Of a DNA stretch of 64,000 nt, positions 1-10,074 are shown piece after piece; the stretch's first letter is position 1; each line of letters begins with the position of its first letter. The stretch is from Candidatus Binatia bacterium (GTDB lineage Bacteria > Desulfobacterota > Binatia > UBA9968 > CAXXLF01): NCBI GenBank assembly GCA_963664015.2, contig CAXXLF010000001.1:32001-96000 (forward strand), written 5' to 3'. The translations under genes and the position numbers were made by a program. The notes beneath the pieces are model-generated. The model had not been told where the DNA came from. It worked only from the letters and a program-made list of their open reading frames with translations, and did no database searches.

Positions 1-115
1 CCGCCACAGTGGGCATGGCCACGTCGAAGATCCTGATGGAGGCCCCGGAAACAAACGCACCTAACAATGCATTGGATAGGAGAAGGGGATCGCCGCGTGG
101 ATTCAATGGTTGCAA
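1..115 (-). CDS. 5' end of probable MFS transporter (runs off window edge)
   Basis: GGAGG RBS (121-125, minus strand) before TTG at 115; reads MQPLNPRGDPLLLSNALLGAFVSGASIRIFDVAMPTVA, resembling DHA2-type MFS TM1. Confidence 0.45.
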   Translation of the reverse strand, partial: MQPLNPRGDPLLLSNALLGAFVSGASIRIFDVAMPTVA

Positions 116-268
116 GATGGCCTCCCGGCATTAACGTGTCCAGGACACCGAATAGTGCCTAGCACCGCCCATAATCTGGATGGTTGTTGGAAAGTAAAAT
201 GGAAAAAATCGACCGTGACGTCGATCGACCACGTACGAGGCAACAAGGAAAGCTGCTATTTTTCTCAA

Positions 269-1345
269 TTAAGCCCGGCTGTTGAGTGGGTGGCTCATCC
301 GGACCGGTGTACCATGGCGAGCGCATTCCCTCTCAAAGAGCGAGTGGATTTTTTCGGCAACGTCTGGATCGAGATCCTCGAATTCGAACTGATTACCGCC
401 TTCTTTGACGCTGGTCACCGTCCCGTCATGCATGTGGGTAACCGGGCGATGGAGGCTGTTCAGCTTAAGGGCCAGGTGTTTGCCCGGTTCTTTCGAAGTA
501 ACGCAGTGCATGTGCCACCACCAGGTAGGCGGCACGAGCATGGTTCCTTCCTTCCAGTCCACCTTTTTCATTTCCCCGCCATCGGGCCAGGTTAGGGAGT
601 ACCCTTCCCCGGCAAGCCAGATCACGTGGGCCCCGGGACCGTGACGGTGCAGCTTGCTGTAAACTCCGGGGGCTATTTCCAGGATATGCGCACCCATAAC
701 CCCATTGGCCATCTCGATAAGGTAGTTCTTTGTCCCTTTACCACGGCTCACCTTTGCCCCTTCCTCAGCGGGCATCTTGAGCGTGTTCACATTGGCCACA
801 AGGTTGGACTCAAGGACTTGATTCACCGAGTCATCGGACCGGGAGAAGTAATCGCTCTTACCGTCATAACGATCCGGGAAAACGCATGGGTTTTCGAAGA
901 TAAAATCCGGTTGGCGATAGAGGCTGAGCACGATGGGAGCGGTCGTGACGGAGAGAAAGCGCACTGGTGAATGGCCCTCCACGTTAAAGTGCTGATGCCA
1001 GGCATTCAAAGGGACCGCGAAGAGGCTGCCGGCTTCCCATTCAAAGGTTTGCTTGGGCCATCCCTCGTACCACACAGAAGTCGCCCCCCGGCCGGAAAGG
1101 ACATAGATCAATTCTTCATAAATATGCCGCTGGGGCTTGAACTCTTTGCCCCCCTCGATTTCAGCGACATAGGCTCCGAGCAGGTCGCCCGTACCTTCAA
1201 GATCGACATGAGCCGCCGCCCCCCCGATTCTCTCCCACCACCGAAGGGCAAGCTTGGTCATATCGTCGATGTGAAAGCCACGAATGATCTCCAATCCCTC
1301 TTCCTCAACCCACTCTTCGTAATACGTTTTCCGACCTTGAAACAT
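269..1345 (-). CDS. Bicupin (two cupin domain) protein
   Basis: Cupin motifs QRHIYEELIYVLSGRG...PLNAWHQHFN and HRHGPGAHV...PPTWWWHMH; start chosen at MFQGRK. Confidence 0.8.
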   Translation of the reverse strand: MFQGRKTYYEEWVEEEGLEIIRGFHIDDMTKLALRWWERIGGAAAHVDLEGTGDLLGAYVAEIEGGKEFKPQRHIYEELIYVLSGRGATSVWYEGWPKQTFEWEAGSLFAVPLNAWHQHFNVEGHSPVRFLSVTTAPIVLSLYRQPDFIFENPCVFPDRYDGKSDYFSRSDDSVNQVLESNLVANVNTLKMPAEEGAKVSRGKGTKNYLIEMANGVMGAHILEIAPGVYSKLHRHGPGAHVIWLAGEGYSLTWPDGGEMKKVDWKEGTMLVPPTWWWHMHCVTSKEPGKHLALKLNSLHRPVTHMHDGTVTSVKEGGNQFEFEDLDPDVAEKIHSLFERECARHGTPVRMSHPLNSRA

Positions 1346-1644
1346 AGTCAATTCCCCCACCAAGGTGACTCTCTGTGACCCTGTAGCACTTTTAAAATAT
1401 ATAATTAGATACTTAAACTATTCTATGCAAACTAACTGTATCCAGGCGTGTTGCTAGCAATATATTATGAGCTGATCCAGTCTGGATTTACAAAATCAAA
1501 CTCTTCCTAACCGGACCCTATGAGCATTTCATCTCCTAAATACGGGATATGAATTAACCCGAGCATAGCAAGTGCTCCCTAAATAGGTCAATTTAAAACG
1601 AGCAAATTCTATTTGTTTGGGCAATAGATTCCAAGGGTCCTGAA

Positions 1645-2016
1645 ATGGCAAAGGTCTTTTATCGTACGTTCCAGTTTGACCTGACAGACGCAGATCCATT
1701 TTTTATGGACGTCAAAGACGTGGTGATCAGAGTGGAAGACGGTGATTCAGGGCTTGATTAACAATACGGGGATTGGGACCGCGCAACGTGCATTCATACC
1801 TCACAAAGGTTTCTCTTTGAGGCTATTTCCGGTCGACGCATCATAAGTGAGGGTTTCTTTGATCAAGAAATGGGATTGACTCCACGCCGGGCAGCGGATC
1901 TCGATAAAAGCGCTGCTGCTATTATCGCCTGGTTTTATAATCTCATTCGTCTGTCTCACGAGCAAATAGCAAGGAAAGCCAATCAAAACGATAGGTCCAA
2001 TCTTGCCAACCAATAA
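1645..2016 (+). pseudogene. Possible hypothetical ORF interrupted by TAA (1759-1761)
   Basis: ATG 1645; frame open for 124 codons apart from one internal TAA; no family recognised. Confidence 0.3.
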
Positions 2017-2033
2017 CCGTCCGCAGTGAACTC

Positions 2034-3178
2034 ATGGCTACCAGAAAGAAAAGAACCACACCTAAAAGCAATAAATCAAGATACCAGGACTTCAGTCATA
2101 CTGGGGCTGATACACTTGCCGACCAATATCTACGAACATTCTGGTGGCCCTTGTACCGCTCTGATGACCTGAAGTCCCGAACGGCCCGACCGGTTCGCAT
2201 CTTGCACGAGAATTTCACCCTTTATCGGGGAAAGAGCGGAAAGCCCAGCGTTCTGGCCCCCCGCTGCGCCCATCGAGGGGAACAGTTGTCAATAGGTTGG
2301 GTCGAGGGAAATTCCCTTCGTTGCTTCTATCATGGTTGGAAATACGATGCAGCGGGTCAGTGTGTGGAGCAACCAGCGGAGGATCCGGCCTTTAAAAAAA
2401 GGTCAAGATTCGAGCGTATCCAGCCCAAGACTACCTGGGTTTAGTTTTCGCCTATCTGGGAGGAGGGAAGCCATCGGCGTTACCGCGCTATCCCTTCATG
2501 GAAACAGTCGACGAACCTGGTTGCATCCTGGCGGTGGGAACGAATACAAGACCATACAATTACAGAAATCGGATCGAGAACAGCTTCGATCCCGTCCAGA
2601 TCGTATTGGTACACCGAAACTCGGAGTATCAGGGCTTAACGGGTTACCCGGAAGTGCCGGCCGAAGAAACTGACTATGGATTGTTCCTGAACTCGAAACC
2701 ACCGGGAGGAGCCGTTCGGATTATCCAATTCCAGATACCGACCATTCTATACATCAAGCAAGGTCCCCGGCTGCCATTTGAAACCGCGTGGAGGGTGCCC
2801 ACCGACGACCACAGCAAAACACTTTTTTCTGTCACGCTGATCCGCGTTAAGGATGAGAAGGCGAAGCGCCAGTTCTCAGAAATCGACGATAAGATTATTG
2901 CCAATAACCCCGCCCCTCAACTGGGCGACGCCGTACTGGTAGGGGAAATGCACATTGACGAAATCAACGACCCCAAAGTACGGGTTAACGTTCAGGACTA
3001 CGTAGCCCAAATGGGACAGGGGACCATAGCAGACCCGGAACACGAGAGACTGGGCCGATCGGATACCAAGATCATCCTGTTACGAAAAATTTACGCGCGC
3101 GAGATTCAGGCCCTGGCACAGAAAAAACCCCTTAAAAAATGGTTCCCGCTCACCCCGTCAGCAACCATCGGGCTATAA
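2034..3178 (+). pseudogene. Rieske oxygenase alpha subunit (phthalate/vanillate-type), frameshifted
   Basis: CAHRG...CFYHGW Rieske motif in ORF 2034..2444; frame changes at the A7 run (~2394-2400) and continues VKIRAYPAQDYLGLVFAY into ORF 2498..3178; ENSFDPVQ lacks the first Fe-ligand His. Confidence 0.8.
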
Positions 3179-3233
3179 GGTTCTAAATCCGGATGTGCCT
3201 TCCAGATCGTTTGCGGGAACGACCCGCTAAAAT

Positions 3234-3517
3234 CTAATTTTTAACTTCAATTTCCTTATCAAACACAATGTAATCTTTAATATCTCCTGCTTTTCCTTTA
3301 GGGTCCGGGTAGTGCCAGGCGGTGTCCTTTATATACTGATCATTCACCTTCACGTGGTAATAACTGGCCACTCCCTTCCAGATGCAGGAGGAGTGCTTCT
3401 CACTCTTTTTCAGAAACTCCCTCCGGACGGAGTTTGGAGGAAAATAATGGTTTCCTTCGACTACGATTTTCTTGGCCGAGTCTGCAATGGTCACGTTTTT
3501 CCAAACCACATTCATAA
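3234..3517 (-). CDS. DUF427 domain protein
   Basis: VVEGNHYFP, SSCIWKGVASYY, AWHYPDPK motifs. Confidence 0.85.
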
Positions 3518-3597
3518 TTGCCTCCGGTGAATTCAACTCAAATTAGCGCATAATTTGGCATGAGGAAAAGGGGGGTTCAAACCTCAAAGGTTCTTGG

Positions 3598-4978
3598 CTA
3601 ACCGAAATAACCCAGATAGCGCCACCACAAAAACTGCAGTGGTAAGATAACCAGCCAGGCCAGGGCAGTCATAGCCAGCAGGAGACGCATGAGTTGGCCG
3701 GCACTCAAACCGCCTAGCTGGCATACAACGACCAGAGGCGGTAGCTGATAGGGGAATAGGGTCGTCGTCCAGATCGGCACTTGCGCCATCAGAACCGTGA
3801 TCAATGGCCAACCCGTGGCTACAGAGATCTTCAACGCTAGGCTGGTCATGATGGCCGGCTGGCCTGGAATGGTGACCAGGGCTGCAATGACCATTCCAAT
3901 GACACTGAGGGCGGCAAAGTTACCCGCGTCGTTTCCTGGGGTGAGCGGTACAATGGAAAAGAGCAATCGACCTACCAGCTCTCCAAAACCACTTTTCGCC
4001 GCCACGGCACCGAGCCCAATCACACCAACGATTGAGAACCATGGACCCAGATTAATCTTACTGAGTAATGAGCCTACGGGGACCATGCCCGTACGGGGGA
4101 GAAGGCAGGTTATCGCTGCGCCCATGGCGATCCATGCGGGGGATATACCATGGGCAAAATCGGCCATCCACAACGCCAAGCAACAGAACAGGATAACCGT
4201 CAGCCTTCTCTCCTCAGGGCTAGAGGGTTCCTGCACCTGGGGAGGGGGGGGGCGCTACGGAGCTCATCTGGATAGAGCACTCTGATTATGGCCGGGAGAA
4301 AAAGGATGCTCGTCGTAGCGATAACCGGGAACTGCATCAGGAAATACTGGCCGTACGTCACTCGAATGCCGTGAACGCTTTCGGCGGCACCGAGAAGGGC
4401 CAGGTTCGGGACTGCGGCCGTAAGGATACCGAAGCTCGGGTAAAGGGTTCCCGCACTGACAGCGAGGGTAATGGCGACCCGCCCGTTACTGCCCTGAGTC
4501 CATCCAAGCCGGTTGGCCAGGCCAAGAAATATGGGTAGCAGGATCATAATCCGCCCCATATTGGACGGCAGGACAAATGCCATCAATGCAGCAACGATGA
4601 CCGACCTTGCAAGAATACTGAAGTAAGAACCTCCGAAATAGCCAATTAGAGTGCCTGCGATTCGCGAGCCGAGGCCGGTCGTTTGCACCGCATGACCAAT
4701 TACCAGGCCGCCAAACACCATCCATGACGCAGTTGAATGAAATCCTGAAAAACCACCTGGGGCGGGACGTCGGTCAGGGTGACGGCAAGAAAGAAGAAAA
4801 TGATCGAGGTGAAGTATTCGGGTATGACCGCCGTCGCCCATAATCCGATTACCGCAACGATTACACCCGCGGTTCGCATCACACCCGGGGGCAAACCATC
4901 CGGCGCCGGGACAAAGTACAGCAACGCGCCCACCAAGCACACGAATGCTGCAATAGTGTGCGCTAAACTCCGAGTCAA
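3598..4978 (-). pseudogene. SLC13/DASS family anion transporter, split by two frameshifts
   Basis: Three overlapping hydrophobic ORFs (4700..4978, 4200..4940, 3598..4236) with LWATAVIPEY, PSNMGR, AAVPNL, FPYQLPP motifs; one shift lies at a G homopolymer near 4245. Confidence 0.75.
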
Positions 4979-5011
4979 AACCGTAACCTCGATCTGATTT
5001 GGCTGAGACCC

Positions 5012-5617
5012 TCAGCGAATCTCAAAGGGGATTTGTATGGGACCGTTTCCATGGGAGCAGGTTCTCTTTTCAGGGTCATAGCGCAGAAAATTCCCCCTCT
5101 GGGTTACGGGTACGGAACGAATGATGACCGCAACGGATCGGTTCGCCCCACCTTTCTCAGCATGAATAGCAAAGGGTGGCACCAGGTCCACCTTGCCTTG
5201 GCTTCCGTCGTCGACGTATTGCAACTCCAACTCCGCGTACCCTTCCTTCTTTCCGTCATCGAGGCGGCGATAGTGCTCCAGCTTCTCCTGACCAACGAGA
5301 AGCCCGTATGCGGTCCAGCACTCACCATGATCATGGACGCTACCCACTCGGCCGGGGGTGCGCACCACCCCATTGATGCAGAATCCGTAATCCGGGTCTT
5401 CAAAAAAAAGAAGGTTCTTGGCGGGGCGACCTTCGGTGGAAGGCCAACTATTCGAGTGTTCCTGCAGCGCCGGATGACTCACGACTCCTTCGAGCAACTG
5501 GGTGGCACGTTTCATTCGGGATTCCGTGTCAGGAAGCTCGCTCCATGCCGCACGCAAATCCTGAATGAATTGATTAAAAACCGGAGCTCCTTGCGAAATA
5601 GTCGCTGTAGCTTTCAT
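5012..5617 (-). CDS. Cysteine dioxygenase-like cupin protein
   Basis: GSVHDHGECWTAYG and PFAIHAE (3-His cupin); RBS GGAGG before MKATAT. Confidence 0.7.
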   Translation of the reverse strand: MKATATISQGAPVFNQFIQDLRAAWSELPDTESRMKRATQLLEGVVSHPALQEHSNSWPSTEGRPAKNLLFFEDPDYGFCINGVVRTPGRVGSVHDHGECWTAYGLLVGQEKLEHYRRLDDGKKEGYAELELQYVDDGSQGKVDLVPPFAIHAEKGGANRSVAVIIRSVPVTQRGNFLRYDPEKRTCSHGNGPIQIPFEIR

Positions 5618-5638
5618 TAAGTTACCTCCTGCTGGCAC

Positions 5639-6766
5639 TTAGTCCAACGCATAAAAACCAGCGCAATTGTTCCAAAGGATGTTTCGCCTGTCCTCGTCGC
5701 TCAAAGGCATTTTCAAGAAGGTTTGCAGAGCCTCAGGAAATCTGGAATCGCCATGGGGATAGTCGGTAGAGAAAATAATATGTTCGCTGCCCATATGCTC
5801 AATGACTTGAAGGGCGGGCTCTTCCTCAGGCTCGATGGAAACAAAACACTGCTTCTTGAAGTATTCGCTCGGTCGCATGGCCAGATCTATGGTCCAAATG
5901 TCTCCTTCGAGTTCGCAGGCCTCGTCCAGCCTCCAGAGGATCCATGGTAGCCAGCTGCAGTTACCCTCCAGAAAGGCCACTCGCAGTTTGGGGTGCCGCG
6001 CCAGAACTCCACCAGCGCACATGCTCCCCAGAGCAAGCATCTGCTCCATGGGTTGAGCGTAGACCCTTCGCAGCATAAAATTTGGTTCGAACCGTTGTCC
6101 CGGATTATTCACACCACTGCGGGTCGCTTCATGAAAACCCAATGGAATATCCACTTCTTCCAGGGTCGCCCAGAGAGGATCGTAGTATTCGTCGTACCAG
6201 TTGTGCCCATTGAAGAGGTTGGCCCGAATGAAGATAGCCCGGAATCCCAGCTCCTTGGCACAACGCCGCGTCTCCTTAACCGCCTCGTCTATGTCAAAAG
6301 GAGAGATCATCGCAGCGCCGAGAAGTCGATGGGGATCCGCACTGCAAAAATCAAAAAGCCAGTTGTTGTAAGCGCGTGCTATGGCTGCTGCAAAGCGGGG
6401 TTCCATATTGGGTTCCGCGAGCGCGGTCAGTCCCCTGGTAGGGTAGAGCACGGCAACATCGATCCCCTCGATATCCATGGCTTCGAGCTGAACCTTGGCC
6501 GACCAGCCCTGATCCGAATAATACTGATAGATGCCTTGCGTCCGATTAAAGTTCTGGCCCCGGCTCTGCCGGGTCTTTGCCCTGTCCGGGTTGTAGCCCC
6601 ATTGGCGACCGTCAGGGTGAGCCATGCGAAGATCCCTTACATCCTCGCTCGTCAGCCCGATGGGTGCCTCACCCTTGAACTCGGAATCGATATAGCGCTG
6701 CCAAAGATCAGGCGGTTCCATGATATGCATGTCGCTATCAAAGATCTTGAAACCATTTTTTGCCAT
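5639..6766 (-). CDS. Amidohydrolase family protein (Amidohydro_2)
   Basis: DSDMHIMEP, LGFHE, FLEGNCSW, FSTDYPHGD motifs. Confidence 0.9.
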   Translation of the reverse strand: MAKNGFKIFDSDMHIMEPPDLWQRYIDSEFKGEAPIGLTSEDVRDLRMAHPDGRQWGYNPDRAKTRQSRGQNFNRTQGIYQYYSDQGWSAKVQLEAMDIEGIDVAVLYPTRGLTALAEPNMEPRFAAAIARAYNNWLFDFCSADPHRLLGAAMISPFDIDEAVKETRRCAKELGFRAIFIRANLFNGHNWYDEYYDPLWATLEEVDIPLGFHEATRSGVNNPGQRFEPNFMLRRVYAQPMEQMLALGSMCAGGVLARHPKLRVAFLEGNCSWLPWILWRLDEACELEGDIWTIDLAMRPSEYFKKQCFVSIEPEEEPALQVIEHMGSEHIIFSTDYPHGDSRFPEALQTFLKMPLSDEDRRNILWNNCAGFYALD

Positions 6767-7023
6767 AGGGGACTCCCTTCCTGATGGATTTCTAATCTGA
6801 ATTACCTCAGTCGGGGCAAAATGTCCATATTTATGCAGGTAACAGTAATGTTCTTACCTTAAACAAATGCTGGAGATCACCTGGGTGCAAGAGGGTTGCA
6901 ATCGACCCTTAGTAGCTTTAGTTTCTTCTTGTTAAGCTACTGGATTGGCTCTACAATCACAATTGCAGAGAGTCGCCAGCCTTGGTCAAATGGTAACTAC
7001 GAATCATCATCGGACTGCAACAC

Positions 7024-7638
7024 ATGAAAGAGCCATCAGATACTTCCGAGAAGCTACAATGGCCAAAGGTGTTGGTTTTCTGCCTGCTCGCTCTTCTCGG
7101 CTTAACCGTTTTGGGGCTCTTCCACGGATATGTGATCCGTAGTCACACGATCCGAGCCTTCAAGATTGGATCCGCGTCCATTGCCCCAACCCTCTTGCCA
7201 GGCGACCAAATCCTCGTTGACAAGACCCTCTCGCCTCGAAACGTGCAAAGAAGGGACATTATCGTATTCATCTTCCCTGAAAACCCGCAGAAACGATTTA
7301 TGCATAGGGTTGTGGGTCTTCCCGGTGAGCAGATCGAATTAAGAGGGGAACACCTACTGATCGACGGTAAGCAGACAAGGGAAGACTACGTCCTTCACAC
7401 AAGCAATGATTTCGTGCCGAAACGGGATAATTTTGCACCGGTGGTCGTGCCTCCCGAATCGCTTTTTGTCATGGGTGACAACCGCGATCGAAGTTACGAC
7501 AGTCGATTCTGGGGCCCCGTCCACTTTGAAAAGGTCTTGGGAAGAGCTGAGATGATCTATTGGTCATGGGACAAAGAGAACTTAACCGTACGTTGGGGCC
7601 GGATCGGGAAGCGAATCGAGCAGGGGAGTTCAGGCTAG
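7024..7638 (+). CDS. lepB: Signal peptidase I (His at the catalytic Lys position)
   Basis: N-terminal TM, SAS..PTL (box B), RRDIIVF, HRVVGLPGE (box D), GDNRDRSYDSRFWG (box E). Confidence 0.8.
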   Translation: MKEPSDTSEKLQWPKVLVFCLLALLGLTVLGLFHGYVIRSHTIRAFKIGSASIAPTLLPGDQILVDKTLSPRNVQRRDIIVFIFPENPQKRFMHRVVGLPGEQIELRGEHLLIDGKQTREDYVLHTSNDFVPKRDNFAPVVVPPESLFVMGDNRDRSYDSRFWGPVHFEKVLGRAEMIYWSWDKENLTVRWGRIGKRIEQGSSG

Positions 7639-7698
7639 CGATATGCTTCGGATCTTATCCGCAATAGTAAATTCTATTTGACACGTAAGGAGGAACCG

Positions 7699-7848
7699 GT
7701 GAGCTTCAGTCTGGCCAATCCTGTTATCTTAACCATAGTCATTATCGGTTTTGCCCTGCTCTGTCTGGCTACCGTGTGGGTTTACTGGCAGGGATGGAAG
7801 ATCCTTGACGGGTTGAGTTCAGCGATTTGGACAAGGAACAAATCCTAA
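7699..7848 (+). CDS. Small single-TM protein (49 aa)
   Basis: Strong RBS AAGGAGG before GTG; MSFSLANPVILTIVIIGFALLCLATVWVYWQGWKILDGLSSAIWTRNKS. Confidence 0.5.
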   Translation: MSFSLANPVILTIVIIGFALLCLATVWVYWQGWKILDGLSSAIWTRNKS

Positions 7849-7888
7849 TTGAGAAACTCAGGGGTGATCCGATGATACCCCTCCCGCC

Positions 7889-8098
7889 ATGCGGCAGATT
7901 GAGGTTCGTGTCCTTACCCTTTGCGTTGTCCTTGCCGCCTGGCCCTTTCTCTCAATAGGCTACGTATTTCTCGGCGGATTGGCTTTTACCCTGATTGGGT
8001 TAATGTTTGGCCTGATCTGGTGGTATTTCTGGGAACGTACCATTGGTTTTTGTAACCGGGTAGCGGCGGCCAGGCACTGGCTAAAGACGAGAACTTGA
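7889..8098 (+). CDS. Small hydrophobic hypothetical protein
   Basis: 69-aa ORF with two hydrophobic stretches. Confidence 0.4.
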   Translation: MRQIEVRVLTLCVVLAAWPFLSIGYVFLGGLAFTLIGLMFGLIWWYFWERTIGFCNRVAAARHWLKTRT

Positions 8099-8154
8099 CG
8101 TTAAGGAGGTGGGAAGGAGAGATGCAATCAGGGAAAAGGTTCTTTGGAGAACCG

Positions 8155-8442
8155 TCACAGCCCCATTTTATTGAGAACGTCTTTGCTGCTGCGACCCGCT
8201 GGTCCCTCGCCCGATAGATAAAGCATCACCCCACCTCGGGAAGGTCTCGTTTCAATCACGACATCAGTAGCCAGCTGGGTCGTCCACTTAATGGGATCCT
8301 CGCTGAAGTAGTCACGAAAGGCCTGGTTGAACCCCGAGTAGACTGAGTGGATCCCCTTGTCGGGATCTTTCCTCAGGGTCACTATGGCCCGTTTAACAAA
8401 CTCGGCTTGAGTAAGCTGTTCCTCCTGAGGTTTTTCCGCCAT
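8155..8442 (-). CDS. Conserved hypothetical protein (95 aa) downstream of frdD
   Basis: RBS AAGGAGGA before MAEKPQ; KGIHSVYSGFN..F and RP..GGVMLYL resemble a recurrent uncharacterised family. Confidence 0.7.
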   Translation of the reverse strand: MAEKPQEEQLTQAEFVKRAIVTLRKDPDKGIHSVYSGFNQAFRDYFSEDPIKWTTQLATDVVIETRPSRGGVMLYLSGEGPAGRSSKDVLNKMGL

Positions 8443-8464
8443 TGGAATCCTCCTTGTTGCAGGA

Positions 8465-8800
8465 TCACAGTCCCAATAGAATCCACGCGGTGACGAAGGT
8501 GCCCAGCACTGCGCTCCCATAACACAAGAATGCAAGGGGTTTCTCAACAACCTTCAGCCCCATGTCCTTGAGAGTGAAGTAAAAACGGTGCGCCCAATGA
8601 TAAAGGGGAAGGGTGATTAGCACGAAGAGGTAGCACTTAACCCACCAAAGGTCATACAGCCGACTGGAATCTGTAAGCCAACCCATCGGAACCGCAAGAC
8701 CGGTGATTATGATATGGATGGGAATCAAAAAAGACGCCACGACGCCCCCCGCGGAAAAAAGACCCCACCAAAAAGGTTCGTTCGTAGTACGCTCACTCAT
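8465..8800 (-). CDS. frdD: Fumarate reductase subunit D
   Basis: NEPFWWGLFSAGG and LPLYHWAHR match E. coli-type FrdD; operon position. Confidence 0.9.
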   Translation of the reverse strand: MSERTTNEPFWWGLFSAGGVVASFLIPIHIIITGLAVPMGWLTDSSRLYDLWWVKCYLFVLITLPLYHWAHRFYFTLKDMGLKVVEKPLAFLCYGSAVLGTFVTAWILLGL

Positions 8801-8827
8801 TGTTCCGTCCCAATTTGCCCAATTTGC

Positions 8828-9235
8828 TCAATTTACGATAAAAAACCATAGGATAATTATCGATGCTACAATCCATGCCCCCAGATGCACCGCCATCACC
8901 AGGCTGCGCGGCACTATCATTTTGCCCACTTTAAGCTCCAAGACCACAGCGCTCGATTGGAACCAGGTTATGGTATGGAGCAGGGCGAAGAGTAAAGCCA
9001 CGAGATGAAAGATCACCCAGCCTGGAGAGCTAAACCTCTCCATGAAGGCGGCGTAGGATTCCTGCCCGCTACCCGATTGATAAATCTGGACGAGAAATAT
9101 AACCAGGAACGAAGCGATAAAAACGCTGGATAGCTCGCGCATCATAAAAAGAAAATAATGGCGCTGCCTTAACCACCACGTGGCAGGCATCTTTGGATAG
9201 TAGAGCTTAGAGGCGTCAGGTCTAATATTGGTCAT
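8828..9235 (-). CDS. frdC: Fumarate reductase subunit C
   Basis: MPATWW...YFLFMMRE, LLHTITWF; three TM helices; operon position. Confidence 0.9.
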   Translation of the reverse strand: MTNIRPDASKLYYPKMPATWWLRQRHYFLFMMRELSSVFIASFLVIFLVQIYQSGSGQESYAAFMERFSSPGWVIFHLVALLFALLHTITWFQSSAVVLELKVGKMIVPRSLVMAVHLGAWIVASIIILWFFIVN

Positions 9236-9304
9236 TCTTTGATCCTCTCCCCTCGATCTTCCCCCGGCGAGAGCCTCTGGGTCGAACGATCGAGGTCGAA
9301 TGGG

Positions 9305-10051
9305 TCATTTCTGTCCCCACGGGAGAAGCACTGATTTGAACCAGTTCGTTGCGCTATTAACCTTAGACCGCTGGATAGCAGCCGCTGGATCCACATGTTT
9401 GGGACAAACCTCACTGCATTCGCCGACGAAGGTGCAGTGCCATACTCCGTCCTCACCACCTATGACCGATTCCCGCTCCTTGTTACCCTCATCCCTTGAA
9501 TCCATATTGTAGCGGTACCCAAGCGCAATGGCTGCAGGTCCTACAAACGTGGGTTCCAAACCGTAGACGGGGCAGGCCGCATAACACAGCATACAGTTGA
9601 TGCATTGGGTGAATTGCTTATAGGCGCCGAGCTGTTCCGGGGTCTGCAGATATTCCCCCTCGGATACGGGCTTTTCCGAATCACGAATAATCCAGGGCTT
9701 TACGCTCTGCAATTTGTCCATGAAATCGCTCATATCGATCACGAGATCGCGGATAACCGGGAAGTGGGCCAGGGGTTCCACCTGGATCTCTCCTGGATAA
9801 TAATCGCGCAAGAACGCCGCGCAGGTCAGCTTTGGCTCATTGTTGACCATCATCCCGCAGCTGCCGCACACGCCCATCCGGCAGGACCAGCGGTAGCTAA
9901 GGGTACCGTCCATTTGGTCCTTGATGTAATTCAGCGCGTCCAGCACTACCCAATCACTGCGATAGGGGATGGTATAGCTCTGCAAGGTCGGGGCCGGATC
10001 CTTTCCGGGCCGGAAGCGCGTGACTTTTAGCGTTAGGGTCTGCTCGCTCAT
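9305..10051 (-). CDS. frdB: Fumarate reductase Fe-S subunit
   Basis: [35 protein letters not shown] clusters as in E. coli FrdB. Confidence 0.92.
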   Translation of the reverse strand: MSEQTLTLKVTRFRPGKDPAPTLQSYTIPYRSDWVVLDALNYIKDQMDGTLSYRWSCRMGVCGSCGMMVNNEPKLTCAAFLRDYYPGEIQVEPLAHFPVIRDLVIDMSDFMDKLQSVKPWIIRDSEKPVSEGEYLQTPEQLGAYKQFTQCINCMLCYAACPVYGLEPTFVGPAAIALGYRYNMDSRDEGNKERESVIGGEDGVWHCTFVGECSEVCPKHVDPAAAIQRSKVNSATNWFKSVLLPWGQK

Positions 10052-10074
10052 CAAAACTCCTTTTCGACTATGGA

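Noticed and set aside
2388-2405. TTTAAAAAAAGG as a programmed -1 frameshift in the Rieske gene
   Set aside because: Slippery heptamer is not in canonical phase and the gene has also lost an Fe-ligand His; decay or a homopolymer error is simpler
5993-6784. Long antisense/shadow ORFs (e.g. 5993..6784, 5033..5620, 59610..60242, 14696..15154)
   Set aside because: They lie opposite well-supported genes and carry no motifs; expected from codon bias
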